Assembly: GCA_030390025.1 (NCBI GenBank)
Contig: CM059449.1
Location: 17,112,001 to 17,176,000 of the forward strand
Source: Squalus acanthias
Lineage: Eukaryota
Length of the DNA: 64,000 bases
Reading direction: 5' to 3'
Below the pieces are notes generated by a model. The model was not told where the DNA came from, made no database searches, and saw only the letters and a list, made by a program, of their open reading frames with translations. A program made the position numbers and the translations under genes. Positions 13,059 through 24,100 of the stretch are shown in pieces (the first letter of the stretch is position 1; every line of letters begins with the position of its first letter).

Positions 13059-14736
13059 ATATAAATGATGACAAATCTTCCAGCCCATACATATTTTAAT
13101 CGATTTGTTCCATCCAGTGTCACTTCCGCTCTATATTGTTACAGAAAAATATGGTGTGCTGAATTTGGGCATACTTCTGCTACGGGCCCTGGCGATGCTT
13201 AGGTGTGCCGAGCTTTGAGACGTCCTGCCAAGTAATCATTTCTCGGGGAGCTGGTTCTGCCGATCGTCTGCCGTGACTTCGCTGGAAGTTCGGCAGAACC
13301 CCGCTTTATCTATTCCGCGCTTCTTCTGAGTTCCGCCTATCTTCCGCTCACGTTACCAGAGGAGAGCGGGAGAACCCCGCAGAAGTCGTTTCGCCCGCCC
13401 CCTTTGAGTTTAACATAAAACATTAATTTTAATAAAAGTTACAACGGAAAATCAACAGAACAACCTGACATGATTCAACTGAGAAGAACTTTTATTCCGA
13501 AAATGTCAAATACTTTACAGGATTGTGATAAAATGTAAGGAGTTATGTGATGAAACTAGGCTGAGTGAACAGCAACGAGTATGAACGCTCAACATGTTGG
13601 TTTTCATTTTAACAGCGGCATGAACCTGTTTATTTTCTAGGATAACACGCTCCTAAACATAGGGGACTGATACATGTCATACAAATGTGATAAATGTTCA
13701 CAACTAACACTAAAGATTCTAATGTTAAAGCATTGGAGATTCCAAGACCTTGTTACTGAATTATGTGAGGATAAACCTCACTCACTAAGTTAGAGGACAA
13801 AACATTCGCCTGGAAATTCCCATGGAGGGTTCTCTGATCATCCGCCGTTGAAGATCCAACAGAACCCCCGAGCATCCGCCCAAGTTACGGCGGGAGATCG
13901 GGACAACTCTGCGGAAATTCCACCACTTGTCCATCGGGGGAGCGGGGGGGGGGGGGGGGGGGCGGGGGTGCGCGTCTCATCATTGGGGTGGAATATATCG
14001 GCTCCGCTTACTTCACCGAAGCGTACAACACCGCTTCTCGCTTCACACAGCGCTCAGTTTGATTGCTGTCCTGAATATTCAGCGTGACGTATTGGAACTT
14101 CTCATCTCCCTCTCTCTATTGAGATGAAAGGGTTTCAGTGTTGAATAAAATATTGTAAACTGATTATAGCGTAGGGCCTCAAACCCAGCGCACCAGATGT
14201 TGTGCAGTTTCAATGGAATATAATTCAACCAAGTAAACATTCTACATATAATTAGAATATGACTCCACCTATCAAATATTGTTTCGTTAAATAGGATATA
14301 TCGCGCCATCTTATATATTCCTGTCCTTTTGTATATATTTCAGCGAGTCAACGATTGCACGATTTAAGTAACAAGCAAGGGAAATAGTCGATCTAATTCA
14401 CACATCATTATAAAAATAAAACCATGCATTTAGAACAATTCACACATAATGAATTCAGGAACAGTGGGTCAGTCAGCATCTGGGTAAGTCAGATTAACAT
14501 TTGGGAATAGCTGTTCAGGAGCACTTTCCGTTCGAAGGCAAAGTGCCAACCCACGGTTACCCTGTGTTTTCACTTCCAGGTGCTGACTGACCTACTTTGC
14601 ATATACAGCATTTTCTGTTACAGCTTCAGATTTCCTCCTTATCTCGACTTGTCAAAGTAGGTGTATTTTTGCATGTGTATGCCTGGGTGTTCCTATTTTG
14701 GGGTGTCTTTTAATGTTCCTGTGTGTATCTCGTGCT

Positions 14737-15178
14737 TTTTTTTATTCGTTCATGGGATGTGGGCGTCGCTGGCAAGGCTGGCATTAATTGCCCATCCCTA
14801 GTTGCCCTTGAGAAGGTGGTGGTGAGCGGCCTTCTTGACCCGCTACAGTCAACGTATTCAACATTGTTTTTCGTAGCGGCTTTATACAACTGAGTGGCCA
14901 TTTTAGAGGACAGTTAAGAGTCAACCACATTGATGTGGGTCTGGAGTCAAATGTAGGTCAGACCAGGTAAGGACTGCAGATTTCCTTCCCTAAGGGATAG
15001 AAGAGAACACGATGGGTTTTTACGCAATCTGATAGTTTCATGTCACCATTACTGATACTAGCTAATTATTCCAGATTTATTTAATTATATTTAAATTCCC
15101 CAGTTGCTGTAATGGGGTTTGAACTCACGTCGCCGGAGCATTAGTCCAGGTTTGATGGATTACTACTCCAGTAACATA
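14737..15178 (-). mobile_element. SINE-like internal-deletion derivative of the 9563-12742 LINE (tRNA-like head + LINE tail)
   Basis: Head matches 12480-12740 and tail matches 9563-9670; inverted paralog at ~38062-38515. Confidence 0.75.
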
Positions 15179-15180
15179 AA

Positions 15181-15940
15181 TGGGCTGGAAATGCGGGTCG
15201 GAGGCTTCCCGCGGGTGAAACCCCCCAACCTGCACTTACCTAGCACGCCTGCCATTGTGCTGTGGGCCCGCGTGGGATTCCAATCCTGGGCCTCCTCCAG
15301 CTGCCGTGCGCAGTGCTTGGGTATCCCAGGGGCGCAGTTAGTTCGAAGCGTCCCCTGGGATCACGTGGGCCATGGAGAGCCAATCGTAGCAGGGAATCTC
15401 CATTCATAGATTTGACAGGACGGCCTGTCAAATCTATGAATAGAGATCGGCCCCAAAACCTAACTAAAACTTCAAATAATTATTTTTTTAACCACATTTT
15501 TAAAATAACTATAAATTACATAAATTAACTACTTTAAACAAAAAATTAAATTTTTGCAAATATTAATTTCAGTTTTAACGGGGCAAAAAATAAACTTACC
15601 TTTCTTTAAAGTATTTAAAAAAGATAAATCTGTGGAAAAAATGTTTAAATTTTATTTAATTCACCTCTTACCTTGTTAAAAGCAGGCCTTGCGCCTGCTT
15701 TTTCCCCGCGCAGCTGCTGGGGACTTACCCTCACAGAGAAACCTGAAAAAAAAACGGAAGTCCGATGCGTGCGCGCTGCCTCTCCGGCGCACGCATTTGA
15801 CTTCCGAACCCCTCCTTCAAGGGAACGGAAGTTCCGGTTTCCAGCCCATGCGCAGTGCATGCGCGAAACCGGCACTTTCATTGGGTCGACCGGTGAGTAC
15901 ACAGCGCGTGCTCACCCGTGGAGACCCGAATTTCTGGCCC
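15181..15940. mobile_element. MITE, inserted after the inverted duplication
   Basis: TIRs gggctggaaatgcgg...cgaatttctggccc; absent from the paralogous position (~38055) in the inverted copy. Confidence 0.7.
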
Positions 15941-16469
15941 GTTTGCTACCCTTCCCTATATATGTTTGTGCATGCACCTGCTTATTTGTGTGTGGCTATA
16001 TGTATTTGCGAGTGTCTGTGAGAGTGTGTCTTTCTGTGTGTGCAGGTGTATGAATTCTGGAACTGTTAGGTTTCATTTCATGCCTTTCCTGGTTGGCTTT
16101 CTGTTGAATTATAACTAATATTTTAGTCCCCGGCTCTATTCAAATTCGATTTTCAACTTGCCGCACCTGTGCGTAAAACTGGCGTTTGGGATGGGCCGCA
16201 CCTATGCTTTACGCCTGTGTGGCAAGTTGAGAATCTACCCCACATCTTCAAGAAGAATAGTTGAGGCCGTCCAACCTCGTTTCTTCTTTAGATTTTTACA
16301 TCCAACTGAGAGAACTTTTTACATGATAATCTACCTGGAAAAGTAAACCAGAGGTCAGTAGGTTTAAAAATAACAAAAATAGCCCAAGTCATTGCGATAC
16401 ATATCCAATTTGTTCTTCTGCACTCAGAGCTGTCATAATTCCTCTCTATAAAGCATAGAAAAAGGAAAA

Positions 16470-16890
16470 AGAAAGACTTGCATTTATATAGCGCCTTTCA
16501 CCACCTCAGGACGTCCCAAAGCGCTTCACAGGCAATCAAGTACTTTTTGAAATGTAGTCGCTGTTGTAATGTAGGAAACGCGGCAGCTAAGTTGCGCACA
16601 GCAAGCTCCCACAATCAGCAATCTGACAATGGCCAGATAATCTGTTTCAGTGATGTTGAATGAGAGATAAGCATTGGCCGGAACAGCGGGGAGAACTCCC
16701 CTGCTCTTCTTCAAAATAGAGCAAAGTGTTCTTTTACGTCCAGCTGAGAGAGCAGACGGGGCCTCGGTCTATTGTCTCATCCAAAAGACGGCATCGCTGA
16801 CAGTGCAACGCTCCTTCAGTACTGCATTGGGAGTGTCGGCCTAGATTTTTGTGCTCAAGTCTCTGGAGTGGGACTTGAAACCAAAAACCT
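16470..16890 (-). mobile_element. DeuSINE (SacSINE1-like)
   Basis: Deu domain plus L2-like tail (gcgctttgggacgtcctgagg...aaaggcgctatataaatgcaag). Confidence 0.85.
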
Positions 16891-17943
16891 TCAATGACCC
16901 TGCCTAATTTAATTTATTGAACAGTGTATACAATAAAGTACAACATATTGTGCCATAGATATAGTGCTGTAATGCTCTGTGGTATAATACTACAGGATAC
17001 AACATAACATGGTAAAAAACAGGAGAACGTAATGAAATAAAGTATACAGTAGGATGCACCGTATTGCACAACAATATAAAGATGCAATTAGTATGGTCCA
17101 ACATATAATACGCTACCACGCATATATAAAACAGCCTAAGGATTTCTGTGCGATATAAGCGGTGTTCATATCAGATTCCTAGGCCCACTATTTTAACTGT
17201 TTACTTTAAACTAATGGGAAAAGCAATTTGATATGAGCGCAACAAGCACTCGTTCGAGAATAGGGTGATACCCAGGCTAATCTACTATAATATATGATAT
17301 ATAATACAGCATAACATTGAAACGTTCTTTTAAATATCATGTAATAATTCATCACGAAAAAAATCAGCGTGTGGTAAGAAAATCTTTTAAATTATATTAG
17401 CCATAAACCTTAACACTTCAAATTGACTTTGTGGCCAAGAGGTCTAACATGTGTCACTCAATAGCTGTTCTGGAAGGAAGAGTTATTGAATCATAGAGTC
17501 ATACAGCACAGAAGGAGGTTATTCGACCCAATCTGCATGTGCCGGCTCTCTGAAAGGGCTACTAATTAGTCCCTCTCCCCCCTGCTCTTTCCCCATATCC
17601 CTGAAATATTTCCCTTTTTAAGTATTTATCCAATTCCCTTTTGAAAGTTATTACTGAATGTGCTTCCACCACCCTTTCAGGCAGTGTATTCCAGATCACA
17701 ACAACTCACTGAGTAAATAAAAATTCTCCTCATCTCCCCTTGGCGTTTCTTTGCCAGTATCTTAAATCTGTGTCCACTGGTTACCGACAGAATAATCAGA
17801 CAGACCAATACTGAACTCTTGGTCAACGGATTATTCCTGGTAGATAAGAAAATTAACCAGATTATCAATTAAAATCAAATTAAATCGAAGGAGTAAGCGT
17901 TCGGAGTTTATTAAAAGTGACAGGTTGCTCACGTTTCTTTCTG

Positions 17944-18117
17944 TCACCCGCCTGTTTCATGGATCTCTGAGTAGAGCGGATCTGGACTGAAGCAAAAGAG
18001 GACATCAGAAAATTTAGTCATCCAAAAGAATAAAATAGATTAAAGAAAAGGAAACTGGCTTTTTTAAAAAAAAGTAGATCAATGTAAACAGTTACCTGGT
18101 GGGTTGCTGAAGAGCGA
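17944..18117 (-). CDS. Two cytoplasmic exons (18096-18117; 17944-17986)
   Basis: Strong polypyrimidine acceptors; phase-compatible translation VALQQPT-S-PDPLYSEIHETGG*. Confidence 0.7.
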
Positions 18118-21100
18118 CTGTGAGGAGAGAAAGACAAAGACAGAAAAATTAAAGAGCTGAAGTTATTGATTATATCTGCAAGAAGCAACTAAATTATTGC
18201 TATCGAATGAATTGAATCACATTTTGGGGGCAATTTTAACCAAACCCGCGGAGAAACGGACGGGATCGGGGGCAACGTTTTGAAGTCAAATGAGAGCAAT
18301 ATTGGGCGGGTCTAAACCCGGCGTTCCACCCGATCCCCTGCGTTTCCCGCCCGGTGAATTAGGATAAAATTACCAGAGAATTTGCCAACCACATGGAATT
18401 CAGTAGAGGTACAATTAATGCTGTTACCTCTCTTACGACGCTGGGTGATAACAACTATGACTATGATGATGATGATGATCAGGAGAGGCACCGCTACCGC
18501 TGCATAGACCAGTGGTGGGATCATTGGTGCGGAATCGCCGTGGCTGCACTCTCCACCACCTGTGTGTAAAGGTAAAGTTTCTTTTGTGAGACAGAGCAGT
18601 CAAGAGCAGGGCAATGGTCACATTGAGATTGAGGATCAGCAAATGTGACACAGATTCCCAATCCCCTTTGACATGCGGGGCTATTTCACACTGGCATACA
18701 TCAAACTAGGCCGCGGATCAAAACGCAAAATGTCACCAGTGGACAACTGGAGATATTCCCACCCTGGAAGTAACACTGGGGGAATTTTAATGTGGGGACG
18801 CTTAATGGGTTGGTGCCAGTTTCCTTTCTTTTAACTAGCGGGGGGTGGGGGGTCGTTAGAGTCTGTTGACATAGGTACATAGGAACAAGAGGAAGCCATT
18901 CAGCCCCTCCAGCCTGTTCCACCATTCAATGAGATCATGGCTGATCTGTGACCTAACTCCATATAACCGCCTTTTGCCCCATATCTCTTAATACCTTTGG
19001 TTAACAAAAATCTAATAATCTCCGGTTTAAAAGTAACAATTAATCTAGCATCAGTTGTCGTTTGAGGAAGAGAGTTCCAAACTTCTACCACCCTTTGTGT
19101 CTGTAGAAGTGTTTCCTAATTTCACTCCTGAAAGGTCTGGCTCTAATTTCTACACCATGCCCCCTTAGTCCTAAACTCCCCAACCAGCGGAAATAATTTC
19201 TCTCTATCTATCATCTCTGTTCCCCTTAATATCTCGACAGTGTCGCTCCTCCCGCCCAGTGTTCTTGAATTCACTAGACCCTGGAGATGCAATAGATCTT
19301 CAGCACGAACGGGAAAATCTTCCCCTCATATTTACTGGATGCTTAAGACAAAACCAACATCTGGAAATTAGACGTGCCGACACTGAGTGATCAACGTGGT
19401 TCTTCCGCGGACCCATCTTTGCATTTTGTTGGCGATCAATGCTGTAATTTCCATTTACACACACTATTATATCCGTTACTGCCTCCATTTACAGAATGAC
19501 AGTGAAATCTAACTTATCTTACATGTGTTGTCCGGTTTATTCCCAATATTGGCACGCAATGATTTCAAGGCTCACGTTTTGCTCGCATTACGGGGCTCCA
19601 GTCTTCGCCTCGCACGCTGTAACTGGGTTGACTACTTATCTATAGTCCTACCTAAAATTGTATACAGCAACTGAATGTCATTAATATCTCCTCCATTTAT
19701 TTATTTTAAAAGGTCATTCTCGGGATCCGGGCGACGCTGGCCAGGCGAGCATGTTATTGTCCATCTCTGGTTGACCCCTTGAGAAGGTGGTGGTGGGCCG
19801 CCTTCTTCTTGAACCGCTGCAGTCCAGTGTGGTGAAGGTTCTCCCGCAGTGCTGTTAGGGAGGGAGTTCCAGGATTTTGGTCGGAACAGCGATACAAGTC
19901 CAAGTCAGGCTGGTGTGCGACTAGACGGGGAAGTTGGAGGTGGCGGTGTTCCCATGCGCCTGCTGCCCTTGACCTATCTATTGGAGAATTTCCCTAAACG
20001 GCCAATATTACCCCTTAGAAAAATCCCATATGATTGCGTGCAATTTCATTGGTAAGAATATCTCTACCTATCCAAACTGACTGTGCTGACGCCGTTCCAC
20101 GGTCACTCTAGTCCCGGGTCCCTCTGCTACAACGAATCCCACGAGCTGCACTTTGCAGAAATAGAACCCGGTATCTTCCGGTTTCAGCTGGGTTATTCTA
20201 TTGGACGCGTTTCCCCACTGGCTGAAATCCTCTTCTCTTGCCCCGAACACCCTGCCTCTGTATTCCGCTGTATTGTTGGAAACTTCATTTCCCTGCTTGG
20301 TGCCTCGGTGCCACGTGTAGCTGCCGATTCCTGTGGGAACCTCATATCTACAGAGCAGGTTCGCTGTCTGTCCCGCGGTTTTGGTGAGAGATTGCGGGCT
20401 CTGAATTACGGTGATGTTTCCAACAGTAACTGCTGCAAGTGTGTAAAACAGACCATTTATAAATTTACAGGGCACTTCTTTGCTTTAAAGCACGCCGTGG
20501 AAGGGCTGGTTTGAAGCAAATATTATTTCGGAGGATTTTTGATAAGGTATTCCTGATCTTTAACTTGAGGGAATAAAAACAGAAAATACTGGAAACGCTC
20601 AGCAGGCCAGGCAGCATCTGTGGAGAAAGGAACAGAGTCAACGTTTCAGGTCGACGACTTTTCGTCAGAATTGGAAAAAGTTGGAGATGTAACAGGTCTT
20701 CAGCAAGTGTCGGGGCAGGGAAAAGGGGGAAGGGGAGGAAAGAACAAAAGGGAAGGTCTGTGATAGAGTGGAAGGCAGGAGTGATTAAATGACAAAAGTG
20801 ATGATGGTACAAGTAAAAAGGAGATGGTAATGGGATAAGTAAATAAACAAAAGATGGGTCTACAAGAGGTTTAAATGATTAACTTGAGGGATATTGGTGC
20901 TGGGGCAGGAGCGCCTTTGGTTTTTGTGCGCACTCCTAGGTCAAGTATAGAATGGATCTCGTACAAAGTACCTCTGTCCCGTTCCAAATAATAAGCATTC
21001 ACTTTAATTTCACTTTTCCCGATATGCTTTCTGTGCTGCCCACCCGTCTCATTAACACTTTGAGCGAGGGTGTGAAATGGGCAATCTCGAATTAAACGCC

Positions 21101-24100
21101 TTGCCCGATGTTCGCTTCCATTTGGGGGTCATTTTAACTTTGGTTGCTAAATGGGCGAGATCGGGTCGGCTGCCTGAAATTAAAATCGGGACAGGTGTAC
21201 AACGGGCGGCTGATCCGATGTCGCCCTTTTCAGTCGGTCGCACAAATTCAAAATCACCTCCAGGAAGTGAGGAGAAGTTTAATCTTATTAATCTTATCAG
21301 ATAGGAGCTAAACCCCAGCGATCTTCTCTCTATTAATCAGCGGTGACTGGAGAATATGTAAAATTCAAACAGAATATTAATGGTCAAAATAATGAAACGG
21401 GATAAATGTTACATGTCGCGACATTACAAATTGGATGAATGCTTTCCCACTTTGGGTGTACCTCGTAAAACCGCCAATACCTCTTTACAAATAGTTTATG
21501 ATTTTGCTACAACAACGGATCAGAGAAAGCAGTCAATGCATTTGTGACCACGTTCCGCGCGGCAATCAGCGCAACTCTTGCCCTGTGCTGATAACTAGAG
21601 AAAGGTTGTATCCAGTTAAACTACTAGAAATAATATGAATTGAACAAAAAAAAAGTAATGCCCCCTGGAAACGGGTGTTTATATGAACACAGCCAGCACT
21701 GCAAATATTCACTCCAGGACTGCTGTGGATAGAGAATATTAGCATTTTTGGTAGATGTAATATCATAGAATCATAGAATAGTACAGCAGAGAAGGAGGCC
21801 ATTCAGCCCATCGAGTCTGCGCCAGCTGTTTCGAAGAGCAATCCAGTTAGTCCCACTCCCCCTTCTCTTTCCCCATATCCCTGAAATATTAATATTTTTC
21901 TCCTTAAAGTATTTGTCCAAATCCCTTTTGAAGGCAACTATTCAATCTGTATTCACCACCCTATCAGGCAGAGTACTAGGGCAATCTGTACTTCAGGGAG
22001 CAACATACATTGTGCTCTCCTGGACCAGATACAGTGGACCAGATACAGTAAACCTCGTTACCCGAGAGCTGATCCGTCTCTCACGTTTAGCTCTCTCTAT
22101 CTCTCTCTGTCTTCCTCAGTCTCTCTTTCTCTCACACACACACACGCACGATTGGAACCCATTTCTCTATCTCTCTCTCTCTCTTTTCCTATTCCTATCC
22201 ATCACTTCTTGATTTAACTCGTCTACCCTCCCACTATTTCCAACCTTGATGCTGTCCTATGCCATGGGCCATGGGCTCTTCACTTAAATGCCCCAATTCA
22301 AAATAAGCAACCTGGAAAGCGTTAGCTTCTCTGTGGCGAGCCCTGGTTAACTGCGAGATTGATTATATTACCAGGGCATTAATCATTACCACGGCGCTGA
22401 GATATTAAGATGGTTAATCTCGCGTCTATGAGAACGTCCGCACAGACCAGATGTTTTGATGATTTGCAGGCGAGCTGGTCATGAATATAAAATTGGTTAA
22501 ATCCACAATCTGGTGCTGTGATCAGCAAATATGGGATATCGGAATAAGATTTAACCAGATACACATATAAGTAAGAAAAAACATAGATGGGAGGACATCG
22601 CTATGGGTATTTAATATCTAATTAAGTCATAGAATATTTCATTAAAGTCAGTATGAAATAATGGTCATCAATGACAACCGTGGGAACAGTTTCTCTCTAT
22701 CTACTCTGTCCAGACCCCTCATGATTTTGAACACCTCTATCAAATCTCCTCTCAACCTTCTCTGCTCTAAGGAGAACAACCCCAGCTTCTCCAGTCTATC
22801 CACGTAACTGAAGTTCCTTATCCCCGAACCATTCTCGTAAATATTTTCTGCACCCACTCTAAGGCCTTCACATCCTTCCTAAAGTGCAGTGCCCAGAATT
22901 GGGCAAAGTACTCCAGTTGAGGCCGACGCAGAGTTTTATAAAGTTTCATCATAACATGCCTTGCTTTTGTAATGTATGCCTCTATTTATAAACCCCAGGA
23001 TCCCATATGCTTTATATACCGCTTTCCCAATCTTGAATGATTTGTGCACATATACCCCCAGGTCTCATTGTTAATGCACCCACTTTAGGATTGCACCCTT
23101 CAGTTTATTTTGCCTCTCCTTGTTCTTCCTACCAAAATGTATCAATTCGCACTTTCCTGCGTGAAATGTAATATGCCACGAGGGGTGAAGCTCAAATTAA
23201 AGTATCTTTCTCTATCATGAAATGATGTTACTGGGTGTCCATTTTTGTTAGAATAAATTCGGATCAATGTATCCGTACATGAAATACCGCAACCTGTCAA
23301 TTAACGTTGTACAATTATTATGAATTGAGCCCAGATTGATCGCTCACTGTGGGGAAGGATCTCATTTCCAAGGGTCACACTTTAGACGTTAACTAGTTAA
23401 CAGTAAGAAGGGAAGTCAGGCGGAAACTGTTCGCCTATAGAGTAAGAGATTTGTGGAACAAGTTACTGGAGACGGCCGTGGGAGTGGGCAGTACAAATAG
23501 ATTCAAGATACAACATGTGTGTTTCTGGAAAAAAAGAAGCCTCGATCTGTCAAACAGGGGCAGGTTTTTTTGGACATAATGATCTCTTGTGTCCCACAAT
23601 TTTCCAGCTGCTATGAAGAATTTAAAATGCTGATTGATCCATCAATCATTGAGCTACAAACCGGTATTCAGCTGTCATTACATTGGGTCCTTTTCCCGTT
23701 TCTCAACGGAACTTTGGGAAATTGCAGTCCATAATCAGATTGAACAGCTGTATACATTCGAAACCTTTATGGTGCCAAAATTAGAGGCAAGTGTCACTTT
23801 ATAAAGGCGGATCTGTTGTAGAAGGCGGCTCACCAACACCTTCTCAATGGTAACTAGGGATGGGCAATAAATGCTGGGAGACGCCCACATCCCAGGAACG
23901 AATAAAAAATATAGAAGGCATGTTTCCTTTTATATGGTGCGGGGATCCAACCGTACAGTACTCTGGTAAGATGGCATCTTGAGTATTGTGTTTATTTCTG
24001 GTCAGTCAGGCTCAAGGGAGACATGCAAGTCCCGGCGTTGGCGTGAACGCTAGCCTGTTCCCTCGTGTTCTAGTGCTAGGTTCTGAGAGAAACAAAAGAC

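Larger units (their letters stand above)
13203..16425 (+). repeat. Segmental duplication block A (inverted copy at 37583-40399)
   Basis: Colinear reverse-complement similarity including unique sequence; the ORF track shows paralogous ORFs (13848+/39268-, 14079-/39047+). Confidence 0.9.

Noticed and set aside
16900-17130. Periodic ATACA/GTATA-rich tract as a structured array
   Set aside because: Degenerate simple repeat with no repeat-spacer organisation; no CRISPR-like array anywhere in the window.
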